A DNA stretch of 62,873 nt, counting the filler, from Octopus bimaculoides (lineage: Eukaryota), in the NCBI RefSeq assembly GCF_001194135.2. It is 6 parts of 6 records of this genome, joined end to end, with 100 filler letters (N's around TTAATTAATTAA, not from the genome) between each part and the next. Parts side by side here need not be neighbours in the genome. Positions count along the whole stretch, not along the records: positions 40,425 to 50,939 come from NC_068983.1; positions 51,040 to 60,749 come from NC_068981.1; positions 60,850 to 62,873 come from NC_068996.1; 3 more parts are not named here. One strand, written 5' to 3'. A program made the position numbers and the translations under genes. The stretch's first letter is position 1. Every line of letters starts with the position of its first letter. Below the pieces are notes generated by a model. It had not been told where the DNA came from. It worked only from the letters and a program-made list of their open reading frames with translations, and did no database searches. Positions 49,268-61,989 of this stretch are shown here, in pieces.

Positions 49268-49437
49268 TATACGACAGGCTTCTTTTAGTTTCTATCTACC
49301 AAATCCACTCACAAAACTTTGGTCGGCCTGAGGCTTTAGTAGAAGACACTTGCCCAAGGTGTCACGCAGTGGGACTGGAACCGCCCGGAAGCATGCGGTT
49401 GACAAGAAATCTACTTACCACACAGGCACTCCTGCGT
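49268..49437 (-). mobile_element. Family B SINE 5' half
   Basis: GGCTTCTTTTAGTTTCTATCTACCAAATCCAC...CTTACCACACAGGCACTCCTGCG. Confidence 0.85.
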
Positions 49438-49467
49438 CTATATATATACACGCACACGCATACATAT

Positions 49468-49502
<35 letters not shown>

Positions 49503-49550
49503 TATATATATATATATATATATCTTCTCTCTTTGTTTCTTTCTGTGATT

Positions 49551-49700
49551 CTTTCTGTGGAAGAGCGTTGGCTCGAAACGTTAAGGCCTTTTTTCATTTG
49601 ACGAGCGCTAAATTAATACATCTATTTGTTATCTACACCACCTGCCTTCATCTTTTTGTTTTTGTTTTTTGTGAATTCTCTCCTATACATATATATAAAC
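49551..49700 (+). mobile_element. Penelope-like terminal-repeat fragment with variant hammerhead-like core (related copies at 45085-45200 and 53560-53700, both minus)
   Basis: CTTT-CTGTGGA-A-GAGC-GTTG-GCTC-GAAA-CG-TT-AAGG; the downstream ...TAATACATCT.TTTGTT...CACCACCT.CTTC.TCTTTT is shared with 45085-45200. Confidence 0.55.
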
Positions 49701-50349
49701 ACCTAGGCCCAATGTGATAACATATGGGAGATATCCAATGTTTAAACAGTCTACAGGTTTCACTAAGAAATTAATGAAGATGTTACAAGAAGTTTTCATT
49801 ACATGTTAGTAGGAGGAAAGATGGAGCTCATCGACTCGCTTAAGAGTGTGACCTTCTCTGGTAAAGTGCTTTGCTGAGTGTTTTTCGTGCAGTGATGAAA
49901 GGACCTAAAATGGCTGAAAGTACCTTGCATTTATTTTGCAGATGCGGCATTCAAGTTCATATAGTGATGTGATACAACTGGGAGCTAGCACAGTATTTGC
50001 ACTTTGATTATATACTTTCATCTGACTTCGCTTTACAGATCAGCAGAAATATTCCCTACCACACAGATTTCGTGTATGCACATACATACATGAATGTATG
50101 AATTCGCACAAAGAGAAGTGTACATAGGAGTAGACATACAGAGTGATAGGTAAACAATTAAACATACAATACACAGTGACGCATGTGCACACACAGAAAC
50201 ATATAATATATATATATATATATATANNNNNNNNNNNNNNNNNNNNNNNNNNNNNNNNNNNNNNNNNNNNNNNNNNNNNNNNNNNNNNNNNNNNNNNNNN
50301 NNNNNNTATGTGTGTGTGTGTGTGTGTGCGTGCATATATACACATATAA

Positions 50350-50745
50350 GCGCAGGAATGGCTGTGTGGTAAGTAGCTTGCTTACTAACCACATGGTTTC
50401 GGGTTCAGTCTCACTGCGTGGCACCTTGGGCAACTGTTTACTATAGCCTCGGGCCGACCAAAGCCTTGTGAGTGGATTTGGTAGACGGAAACTAAAAGAA
50501 TCCCGACGTATATATGTATGTGTATATGTGTGTGTGTGTTTATGTGTCTGTGTTTTTGCGCCCCCAACATCGCTTGAGAACCGATGCTGTTGTGTTTACG
50601 TCCCCGTAACTTAACGGTTCGGCGAAAAAAACGATGGAATAAGTACTGGGCTTACAGACAATAAGTCCTGGTGTCAATTTTCTTGATTAAAGGTGGTGCT
50701 CCAGCATGGCTGCGGTCAAATGACTGAAACAAGTTAAAGAGTAAA
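50350..50745 (+). mobile_element. Family B SINE, full length
   Basis: GCGCAGGAATGGCTGTGTGGTAAG head to GACTGAAACAAGTTAAAGAG tail. Confidence 0.9.
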
Positions 50746-50774
50746 ATAGTATACATACATACATACATACATAC

Positions 50775-50815
<41 letters not shown>

Positions 50816-50890
50816 CAGAAAGCTAGAAAGCTAATTAGATAGATAGATAGATAGATATAGATGTATATATTTATCTTATCTTTCTATTTG

Positions 50891-50939
<49 letters not shown>

Positions 50940-51764
50940 NNNNNNNNNNNNNNNNNNNNNNNNNNNNNNNNNNNNNNNNNNNNTTAATTAATTAANNNNN
51001 NNNNNNNNNNNNNNNNNNNNNNNNNNNNNNNNNNNNNNNTATATATATATATATATATATATATGTTCTATATTATATAGGAAAATGACAACAACTCACC
51101 ACACAGCCACGCTGTGGATGACATCTGGAAATCTTTCAGAAAAGTCGTGAGACTCTCGCCACATCTCAGACATAGGAAAGAGATTGCGAGGCGTAAGATG
51201 ATTAAAAGTATCTTTTTGCTCTGTTTGGCTGTCGTCTTGTACGAGGTACTGAATACTTTAGAAGTCTTTAAAAACATCTTTCGTTGACGCATTGTGTTCT
51301 AAACAATAATATGTATACACACTTTAACTTTCCTTTGGGTTTTCTACATAACATTTTAAAATTAAAATGTTCTCTCCTTCTCCATATAAATTCTGGTAAT
51401 TACCAGCTTTCGCCGGTAGTGACATTGAGTGTTTACGTGATTTATGTGAAATTTGTTTTCTGCTTCTTCTTCTAATTGATTTGAAAATATATTAGGAAGG
51501 ATGGAAAGTTTGTCGTTCTTGAGTAGTCTCTTGAGGAAACAATTGTTGCAACGATTAAGTGATGTGGTACTGAGAAATGTGTGATGAAAAAGTTGATTTA
51601 TCAAATTTCATATATCAGAAAGAAATCCTATCATTCTGAAATCTGAGTCTCTTCGTGTTGCAAATGTAGATTGGACAGTATATAACTAAGATGCAATAAT
51701 AAGCAGTAATGAAATTATCCAGAGGTGCATGGATTGAAATTTCTTAGTAAATGCTCTTAAGTTG

Positions 51765-52170
51765 AGAAGCTTGCTTCCCAATCACATGGTTCCGCGTTCA
51801 GTTCCACTGCGTGGTACCTTGGTCAAATGTCTTCTACTATAGCCTCCAGCCGACCCAAGCCTTGTGAGTAGATTTCGTGAACGGAAACTGAAAGAAGCCC
51901 GTGTATATATATATTTATGCGGGTTTTTGTGTCTGTGTTTGCCCCACCCCACCCCACCCATCATCGCNNNNNNNNNNNNNNNNNNNNNNNNNNNNNNNNN
52001 NNNNTGACAGCCGATGTTGGTGTGTTTGTGTCCCCGACACTTAGCATTTCGACAAAAGAGACCGATAGAATAAGTAGTACGTTTACAAAGAATAATACAG
52101 GGATCGATTTCTTCAACTAAAGGCTGTGCTCCAGCATGGGAGCAGTCAAAATGATTGAAACGTGTAAAAG
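51765..52170 (+). mobile_element. Family B SINE
   Basis: AAGCTTGCTTCCCAATCACATGGTTCC...GATTGAAACGTGTAAAAG. Confidence 0.85.
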
Positions 52171-53559
52171 TGTAAAAGAGTGTTTTAAACGATAGTTGGC
52201 GAGAGTTAACGTTCCATAATTATTGGACATCTGTAATGTACATTTCGCCCGACAAAAGATTACGGTTTCTACTCCAGTTGTCTTGAGAAGTGTCGGGATG
52301 GGGTTAGAAAGTATGCGTATGTCCCGGAGAAAAGCATTTCTTAACACTGGGTCGTTAAGATGGATGCTCTCAAACAAAAAATAAAATTACAGAATATGAT
52401 TACTGATAGCTTATTGATTTATGTAGCAATAAAGGCAGAAAATTAAGAACTGAATGGCTGTAAATGCTCGTTCATCTAGAATAAATAGAAATACCTCGCT
52501 GACGTTTACGTAAGAGATATAAGTAAGAAGAATGAGTTCTCTTTACTAATAATCTATGTAAACTTTCGACGAAATGTTAGCCAGCAGAGATGCATTAACA
52601 ATTTATTATAAGAACTTTACTCCAAACAAATAGGGTAGGATATATATATAGCTTGCGTGTTAATTGTAGGTGTTTAGCTCCGGGTCAGCCTTAACCAAGC
52701 AAACATACGATTAAAATTCTTCCGTCTCGACCTTGCCGCCTTTTGTCATATATCTAAGAGTATATTATCTAAGTGTCTTCATTATTATAAGTTAGTGGTT
52801 GTGATTAAGGTAGATTTGAGCAGCATTTCTAGCACTTAGATATTCCTTTGTTGGCTTTGTGCTTAGTACGAATGGTGGGGGAAATTTTGATTGGTCGTAA
52901 TGGACATTTAGGAAAATAATATTGCGCGTTCTCATCTCTGTTAATATAAATATAAAACAAAAGCCAAATGAACTAAGCAAAATATAATATAATATTCACT
53001 TTAAATAAGACGCAAATTGCTTTTCACGTAACAGTCTTCAATCTTTAAGACATTTGAACCAGATACTTATTTATAGGGCAAAAAGTGTTGATCAGAAGCT
53101 TATCCATGAACATGTATGTACAACAATATATCGAATTATATTACTATCGGAATTTATACTTCTAAACAATGTGTTGTGTATATTATATTGCATTACTTTT
53201 TATAACATAACAAGAGAAGTTATGATGGCATGAGGTCTCACAAATCAAATCAGATTGGTCAGAAATCGTTTTCTAATAACATACTTGTAATAAATTTCGC
53301 AAGGTTACTATTGTTGCTCTCTAACGCAATGTTAACTCCCAGATATGATCACTCCATCTTAGTTTAAAATACATAATATCTATGGCTATATCGTCTAATG
53401 TATCGTTTTCCATTTTAAAACATTGGGCTGTTATAATATATATATGTAAAAGAGGAATCTAGGTAAACAGATACCTCCCTCTTATAGCCACTCTAGCCAC
53501 TCTTTACTCCGTGGACGTGGTCCCTGAAAAAGTGTAATTTCATTTGACCGCCGTTGACT

Positions 53560-53700
53560 ATATATATATATGGTGCAAAACTTATAAATAACACGAAGAC
53601 GAAGTAAAGAAACAAACAGTGTATAACGTCTATGTTCAGGAAAAACTGATGGAAAAGCCTTTTATGTTTCGAGCATGAGCTCATCTACAGAAAGAATACC
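53560..53700 (-). mobile_element. Penelope-like fragment with variant hammerhead-like core
   Basis: Minus strand TCTTT-CTGTAGA-T-GAGC-TCAT-GCTC-GAAA-CA-TA-AAAGG. Confidence 0.5.
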
Positions 53701-54274
53701 TGAGGAGAGAGAAAAATGAACAAATGTTTCTCAATTATATATATAGTGTTTACTAAAATATATATAGTTTATTAAAAATATCTATATATATATTACGATG
53801 ACTGTTCTCCTTCTAAAACAATAGAACATGATTTTAAATAAGATTAAAAACTCGATGCACTCTCAGCATAATAATATTAATATCGCAGTATGAAATCTGT
53901 TACGCAAAGACAAATAACTCGGAGTCAAAACTGGTAGTTTTGTTAGTTGTGGTAGACGTTAATGGTGATAATGGGAAATGAAGAGATACTGAGAGAAAGG
54001 GATAGAGAAAGTTATACACACATTCTATTGAGAAAATTTTTTCTCCGTGACATAATTCCACAGCGAGTGTGTTAATCCCGCAGAAACGTGTTAAGAATAA
54101 TATAGATATTATTGTTAACCCTCGCTCCTTCATGTGCTTATGCCGAATATATATTTTCGTGTGTTTGTGTGTGAGTTTGTGCATGTTTATCAATTATTTT
54201 AATTTTAATTTGCTGTCAAATGTTTTAATGAATTCGTTCCTTAATTAAGATCGTATCGAAGCCTTTGCTGTACG

Positions 54275-54491
54275 CACTAATCTCTCAACTATCGCGGGTG
54301 TTACGTCCCCGCGATAGGTGAAAATCCGCGAAGTAGAAAAAGTGCTATACTCTTTATTATTTTTTAATTTGTATATATTTATTTCATTATAAATGCAAAA
54401 CAGCACCACGGAAGAATCGACGTAAGCTTAAATAATAAACCGCGATAGGCGAATCGCGGTAAGTAAACCGCGATATGACGAGGGATTACTG
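54275..54491. mobile_element. Tigger/pogo-like MITE
   Basis: Right TIR CCGCGATATGACGAGGGATTACTG followed by TA; degenerate left TIR CACTAATCTCTCAACTATCGCGG. Confidence 0.65.
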
Positions 54492-54949
54492 TATGTACAT
54501 TTATCTTCCATTTGGGGCGGGGGTGCATAAAGATAAAATAAGATAAGATAAAATAAAATAAAAATAGAAGAATATTGTCTTGAAATACGTTACATCTTAA
54601 GGCTAAACATTCACCCTGTCAAGAAATACACACTTCAGAAAAAGTAGAATTTGGGTTTCATGTTTCTCTACAAAGTTCTAATAAACGTAAAAATTCCACT
54701 GATATTGGAAGTTTATTGAAAGTTTGTAGTTTATAAATATCTGGAGTTATCAGTTCGTCATATATTTTACGTGACTAATAACGTCTTGTAATGTTGCTTT
54801 CTAACTTTGACACAAGACCACTTCTTTTATGTGGGAACTGTAATGTATTTAATTAATCCTGTACTTAGTTGGCTCCTATCCTGTAAACCAGGAAGGATGG
54901 TATACAAAATAACCATGAGAAAAATTGGTTTCAAATGTTTGCACAAGTC

Positions 54950-55142
54950 CAGCAATTTTGGGGGATTGGGTAAGTCGATTACATCGATCCCAGTGTTCAA
55001 TTAGTACTTATTTTTATCGACCCTGACAGGATGAAAGGTAAAGTCGACTTAGGCGAAATTTGAACTCAGAACATAAAGAGAGACGAAAAGCCGCTAAGCA
55101 TATTGCCCAGCATACTAACGATTCTGTCAGCTCGCCGCCTTA
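54950..55142 (-). mobile_element. Family A SINE
   Basis: GTCGACTTAGGCGAAATTTGAACTCAGAA...CTGTCAGCTCGCCGCC. Confidence 0.85.
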
Positions 55143-55911
55143 ATCGTAAGAAATATTTGAACTAAATAGCATTTAGAGCAAAAATTTTAAGGGAAAAGTT
55201 GAAGTCGGCAGGATTTGAACCTAAAACATAAAGGTACCTAGTGTAACTAAAATAATGGCAAAGAGTTAATCTGGTATAACTCGCTTTGCGCCTTTATGTC
55301 TCTATAACACTTACTTTCAATACTTACAAAACTCCAGTAAAATAGAAGTGTATTAATATTCCAGAGTTTGAAGCATGACGTGAATATAATAATAGATATA
55401 TAATAGGTTTCTGTCTACTTTACTTCCATTTAAAAATGAAATTATAGCTATTTCTTAATCTTTCTGTTATAAATTTTTACAAGATAGTGAGGGTCTTGAT
55501 TTCGGTTATTCATTTTCAATAAACTCTAGATAAGTAATTTTTCAATGATAAGCAATTTTTCAGCTTGAGGCTATTATAAATATAGTAAGTTTGAAGAACC
55601 GGAAAATTGCAGTTTCTTATTTTACAGTTACTTTCTTCTGAAGCAAAATATCGCCAGAGTAACGGACTGACTATACAGGGTGGTAAAATAGCTGTGTTCA
55701 ATAACAAGTGATGGTAGTTTGTTTTTTTTTTCAGACAGAATATAGACACAGAAATGAAATTATATATTTAAATTACGTTTATGTCATACATATCCAATAA
55801 TCCCTGCCTAATAAAAGTGAAACAAAGAAACATCTACAATTTTCCGGAAACCAACTACATCATACATCATCTCACTTCTTTGTTCAGATAATAGGTACAT
55901 ACTTGTTAAAA

Positions 55912-55986
55912 TAGCAGCAACACCAATTAGCAGCAACACCAATTAGCAGCAACACCAATTAGCAGCAACACCAATTAGCAGCAACA
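55912..55986. repeat. 16-bp minisatellite (TAGCAGCAACACCAAT) x4.7
   Basis: Four perfect units plus a partial unit, no spacers. Confidence 0.95.
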
Positions 55987-55992
55987 TGATAC

Positions 55993-56085
55993 TTGGCTGC
56001 AAGTGCTCATAGATATGTACAAGTCACGTTTGTTCTCATTGTGGCCACCAATAAAATCTACAGCATTCCGAAACTGGCCTTCTAG
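55993..56085 (-). CDS. Candidate internal exon LEGQFRNAVDFIGGHNENKRDLYISMSTCSQ (unknown protein)
   Basis: Acceptor TTATTTGTTTATCCAG|, 93 nt open, phase 0-0, donor CAA|GTATCA. Confidence 0.45.
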
Positions 56086-56673
56086 CTGGATAAACAAATA
56101 ACACAATCATATTGTCATACTATGCCTTATGTGATGTTCGAACGTCAACCTATTTTCAAATACGCAATCAAGACTGCAGAGGGTCATATAGAACATGAAG
56201 AAACACAGATATATCCGAACGGATGATGTTTTGATCAGCCTGTTAATAGGTCATGGGTTCAAGTCTGCTATGTTCGTTACGGTGCGCATCTGAATAGGGC
56301 ACGTAGGCATATAACTATGCGCATTTCTCACTTCAGAAGAATATTTGTTACAATGTATGGGAATTATTTTCTTGGTTTTTACCTAATTGTTTAAAGCAAA
56401 ATCGAGGCACTTAACTAAATCTTTCTCGAAGAAAATATGCCAGTGCATCAGTATATGGAGCCTTATTCCATGCCGTGATTGATTTAATGTTAAACTAAGA
56501 AATGGTTACAGTTGCCATAATCAATACTGCGATGCCTTAATCAATATTGCCATGGGTAATCAGCTTGTATTATGTAACTAATAATACTCCGTAACTGTAG
56601 TGAATACTCTTAACTCTAAGCCATTCCATTACACCTCGCTATGACTGGGTATTAGGAGGCTGGAACAACTTAC

Positions 56674-56786
56674 CTTGTAGGCATCGTCAGTGCAAAGTCG
56701 ACATTTCGTTAACTGATGATGTTGGCTCCAATTTGACGGTGACGAAAGATTGATATCGACGATGGTTATTTGACAGTGGAACTTAG
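56674..56786 (-). CDS. Candidate internal exon KFHCQITIVDINLSSPSNWSQHHQLTKCRLCTDDAYK (unknown protein)
   Basis: Acceptor GGTTTTGTAG|; perfect donor AAG|GTAAGT; only one open frame, and its phase-0 end fits the 55993-56085 exon. Confidence 0.4.
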
Positions 56787-57714
56787 CTACAAAACCAATA
56801 GTGCTTCTTCAACTAAGAGGTTGAGACACTCACTAATACATTCAATATGTATTGCATAGTGTTCAAAGATATTTTTCTTGTATGTGTGTGTGTGTGTGTG
56901 CGCGTGTGTGTGCGTGTGTGTATGTGCGTGTGAGTGTGTGTGTCTGTGTGTGTCTGTGTGTGTCTGTGTGTGTCTGTGTGTGTGTGTGTGTGTATGTGTG
57001 TGTGAGCTATCTTCAGACAACAATATATAATATAAAGGAATGTACAAAACAACTAATTAAGCAATATGACTTTTACACTTTCTTGCAATTACCACACGGT
57101 TCAATCGGGTTATGTGTCAGATACTTCTAGGCTTGAAAACATTTGATAACAGCAATTATAATTACTTGATTTAATTATAGTCATTTTCATTATTTGACCA
57201 AATTAGATATTATGTAGACCAATTTACATTAACTCTAACCGTGAGAATTTCGAACACTGAGCAATAAGATGTAAACTTTTATAAATTGTGAAGCATCTCA
57301 TAAATTTCTACATCATGCTACAATGATTTGATCATGGAGCATAAACAAGTCATAAGGAATCAATTTCATGTACTTTTGGAGATTATTCAAAAGCCTTATG
57401 ACATTCTAAATTCTAATGCAAACATGTTCTAACCTGAGAAAGATGTTATTTTAAAACTAGTCTTAAAATGATTACCAAGTATGATAACGTAATTTATCTT
57501 TAAGTATCGACCAACCTAAGATCTCTCAGTCTATGAGGTTTACAAAAGAACTTAACAACAGAAACATTTAGCTCCTCTTTATTTGTATCTTTTTCCATTA
57601 TTTGATTATATTATTGTTGTTGGCACTCCGTCACTTACGACGTCGAGGGTTCCAGTTGATCCGATCAACGGAACAGCCTCACTATATATATATATATATA
57701 TATNNNNNNNNNNA

Positions 57715-58648
57715 AAGGGAAGTCATCCTTCCCATCTTGATCTGCGATACGTACGGACTCGAGTTTCTGAGTATTTACCCGTCCTCAGCGTATGACAATC
57801 GCCGAGCTTCGATGCGAAAAATGTCCCTATGCAAATACATATATCTTTTTCCAGTGAAATTATTCACTGATCTTGAAAAAGTGAAAACAAGCAATGTTAA
57901 ATCTCTGAACGAGGTATTAACAGTAACTGCACGACAAGTAAATCAGCGTAAAAAGCTTGTGCATTCTCGCAGATTATAGCCTCCGTCACAGTATCTCCTG
58001 CGAGCTGCTTCTCCGTCAATCACACCATCAGCAGCTTCTCCATATTTTTATGGATAGATGTCCGCCTTTTAGAAATTATTTTGACGCCCTTGACTGGCGT
58101 TATAGCCTTTATCAACTCCTGCTTCAGTATGGTGCATATTGTAGAAGTGCTACGCTCGTACTGCTTCGTCATGTCGACTACACGCACACCTTGGCCATGT
58201 TTTTTGATAATTTCTTTCTTTAATTCAATGCATGTCATCCGCTCGTTCTTCTCACTGCTGTCCTTTGCACTCACTTTCTTCGGTACCATGGTTGAAAAAA
58301 CGAAGTTTTGCAATATAACCGCAAGTAAAATTGTGAGTGCAACACTGGTGCTTCTGTAGCCTGCAACGACTAAGTAAGCATTTTAACACCCGTCTAGCTA
58401 ACGATCCACTAGCGATCATCGTACTTGCTAACGTGCATATCTGTCTAGCTATCGAGTGAGACACGGGATGCTGGGTGGATGTTACGACGTTCACTGTGGC
58501 GTTCGCTATGCCAACTAGCGGTGGGATATCTGAAGCTGGCTCGTAACCCGAATCTTAGCTCGCAACTCAAAGCAAAAGATCGGCTGAGAGACGGCTCGTA
58601 TCTCGAAAAACTCGTTAATTGGGACACTCGTATTTCAAGGTACCACTG
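57715..58648 (-). mobile_element. Tigger/pogo DNA transposon remnant (transposase N-terminal HTH, CENP-B-like)
   Basis: MVPKKVSAKDSSEKNERMTCIELKKEIIKKHGQGVRVVDMTKQYERSTSTICTILKQ... from ATG 58289, stop at 58020; TIR CAGTGGTACCTTGAAATACGAG with TA at 58649-58650. Confidence 0.88.
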
Positions 58649-60699
58649 TATATTGGAAACATATATGTAATATATTTAAGCCAGACGCTAGATAAGTAAA
58701 ATGCTTATACTAAAAGTAAATGTGACTCCTAGATAGTAATATATTACTATCATTTTGACAGCTGAAGCTCCTCTCAGATTGGAGCAATTCTATTTCAGCT
58801 AATTCCCAGCTGACCACTATTCTAGCTAATTCCGTAAATGGAAATTGTATATTTTTGCTCAAGATATATACAATGCAGTGCAAATACAGCTGTCCGAACA
58901 TCATATTAATATGTAAGTGAACTGAAATAATGTATGATCATAAAATTGTTGCAAGAACGCAAGTAGACATATTAATAAATAAGATTTGTATTTTCCTCTA
59001 TGTTTAGAATTCAAACTAGTATGTATCTAAGGAAGATAGCACTATGTCTTATATTAAGAACATTCACAAGAGCGTGAGTCAAATGCCGCTTTAATAAGCA
59101 TATGAGATTTGTGGAGGTTTTCATATCATATCATATGCGTGAGTGCGTGCTTGTGTGTGTATCCGTATGTGCGTTTGTGTATGTGTATAAATGTGCCTGT
59201 GTACCTGTGTGCCTCTGTGTGTGTGCGTGCGCGCGCGCGTGTGTTGGGCCTAAATTGATCACATATTTGCACATCTATGCACAAACCTGGGCAAAGTTTC
59301 TTTTTTTTTTTGGTAGGAGACCGGTAGTTGCTATTGTATATCATCTCCAAGCTACTGATTTTATCCTAGGAAAATATTGCTGCCTCATATCCAATGCATC
59401 TTGACACGAGTTTCGCCGTCGCAAGCGCTATAGACAGAATACAAAGAAACGGGAGAGCTATTGCAAAGCATTTTCTCCAACACATTGGCAATTCAACCAA
59501 TACCCCCGTCATGAGCTGATACATTTTTATTGACCCCGAAAAATTGAAAGGTAAAGTTAGCCTCGATAGTATTTGAATTCAAAGTCGGAATACTGCCAAC
59601 CATTCTATCCAACACTTTACAGGAATGATTCCTAACCCGATCTCTAATAGCTTTTTGGACGTACTATGATCTCACAAGGCGACAGGTGTCAGGTGACAGG
59701 TGTCAGGTGACAGGCGACAGGTGTTAGGTGACAGGCACAGGAAGTGTCTAAGAGGCTCTATACATCTATTTTGGATGTATAGAGGAACAGTGATTTTTTG
59801 TTGCAATTAAAATAATAAAAAACCCACATACAAAATCTTAATATTTTTTATTACTAAGTCCAAAACAAGGTGCGAAACTCCTTAGTTTATAGGACTATGA
59901 AGGAGAAATTAAGACGAAAGGAATGAATTTACTTTAGGCTTGAAAGAATTCGGGTCGTAAGAATGGGGATAACAAGAAAATGAGAAAAAGTTTCAAAGTC
60001 TGGCAGTTCGAGAAAAAAAAAATGCTACGAGCGTCGAACGACTTCTTAATTCTTGAAAGTACAACAGAATTTGAATGAAAATGCTGAGTTTCGAGTCAGG
60101 TGAGAGAGCACAAAGTGATCTGGAACTAACGGAGCATGTTCATCGGTGCGATTCCTATAGTAATAACGATAGAAATGACTAAGATTAAAATTTTTACTTT
60201 TTAATTATTGAATAGATTTTTGAAATAATTTTTCGTTGAAAAATTAGTTTATATATTCGTGTGAACTTAAAATTAGTCAAATACTGATGTACGTATGTGT
60301 TTATTCTGTTTACACAAGAAAGCTTATAATACTATATGTAAAATTTAAATGTTGTTACCTGTTCTATATTTTTCTATTCATGCAGACTAATAATATAAAC
60401 CCAAATAGAATTTCTTAAGATATGTTCCCTCTGTTATGATTTCCATAAAAATTTTACATGGAAGAAAAGGAAAAAGCAGTCCACGCAAATATCTAAAAGG
60501 AGGCAGAGATTAGGTGGGATAGCTTATGAAAATATACCGCAAAAATTTGTTTCGTAAAAGGAATAAAAAATGGCTTTCTTGTTTGTAAAACACGATTTGA
60601 TGAAAGGGAGCGCTAAGAAAACATTACTCTAACGCCGCTTTAATTAATATTTCATACATTAATCAAGTAAGTATAGACACGGATTACAGCATGTAGTAG

Positions 60700-60749
<50 letters not shown>

Positions 60750-60849
60750 NNNNNNNNNNNNNNNNNNNNNNNNNNNNNNNNNNNNNNNNNNNNTTAATTA
60801 ATTAANNNNNNNNNNNNNNNNNNNNNNNNNNNNNNNNNNNNNNNNNNNN

Positions 60850-60882
<33 letters not shown>

Positions 60883-61489
60883 AAGGCCCTTTTGCAAAAT
60901 GTGGTTCTTGGAAACATCTGCTCTTGACTGTGAAGACTGATTCTTGGAAGTGCTATGTATTGTAACTCACATTACAGTGACTCACCCCCACCCCATCTTT
61001 GGTTTCTACTCAACCCCCACCTTTGGTTTCAGTCTCTTTCTTTCTCTCTTTCTCCATCACTGACAACTGTATCATCCTTACTACCCCCTCTGCTTGCACC
61101 CCATGTCCCCTTACTTCTGCATTCCTCTATCTCCCTCAATTCATGGCTCCTTGCTCATCCCTCCTTCCAACCCTACCCATCCTGTTAGTCTGCTTCCCCA
61201 TCTCCTCTTTTTCCTCCCCATACAGACTTGGAAACTGTTTCATCAATTCCCCTTGTGCCTTGTAGTGGAGGGGGGTTACCCTAGGCACCTCATCCCCATT
61301 ATCTATCTCTTACAGTCTCTTACCGTTCATTTTCTTTTTTTGGCCCCCTTTCCCCTACTACTAGCTGTGAGTATCTATGCAGATCCTCCACAAGAATCTG
61401 CCTTTCTGCCTGCTTCTTGTAGTTCAGTCCCCTCGTTCATGGGCATAAACCTAATCCCCCTCCTCTCCATTATTTGGGGCAAGTGAAAT

Positions 61490-61972
61490 CGAAATCGTAA
61501 TTGAACCATATTCAATGACTGGCACCTGTGCCAGTGGAGCACTAACAGCACCGTCCAAATGTGATCATTGCTATAGCAGCTGTCTGGCTTCCGTGCTATT
61601 GGTACATAAATAGCACCATTTGTGTGTGATTGTTACCAGCGTTGCCTTACTGGCACTTGTGGCACATTAGAAAATCATTCAAGCAAGGTCCTTGCCAGTG
61701 CTGCTGGACTGGCTCCTGTGCAGGTGGCACGTAAAAAACACCATTTTGAGCGTGGCCATTGCCAGTACCGCCTGACTGGCCCTCATGCCAGTGGCACATA
61801 AAAGCACCCACTACACTCTCGGAGTGGTTGGCGTTAGGAAGGGCATCCAGCTGTAGAAACTCTGCCAGATCAGATTGGAGCCTGGTGCAGCCATCCGGTT
61901 TGCCAGTCCTCAGTGAAATCGTCCAACCCATGCTAGCATGGAAAGCGGGCGTTAAATGATGATGATGATGAT
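61490..61972 (+). mobile_element. RTE-tail-related family D element, preceded by a pyrimidine-rich RTE 3'UTR-like tract (about 60950-61480)
   Basis: GGCACGTAAAAAACACC...GGAGTGGTTGGCGTTAGGAAGGGCATCCAGCTGTAGAAAC...(GAT)n. Confidence 0.88.
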
Positions 61973-61989
61973 ATATATCTATATCTATA

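Noticed and set aside
52117-52377. 86-aa minus ORF (ESIHLNDPVLRNAFLRDIRILSNPIP...)
   Set aside because: It overlaps a SINE tail at its 3' end, has a weak acceptor and no recognisable homology; left unassigned.
55912-55986. Short regular repeat array as a possible CRISPR
   Set aside because: No spacers, eukaryotic context and no cas genes; it is a minisatellite.
58710-58916. Segment open on both strands with plausible + strand splice sites
   Set aside because: The strand is ambiguous, there is no recognisable motif and no compatible neighbouring exon.
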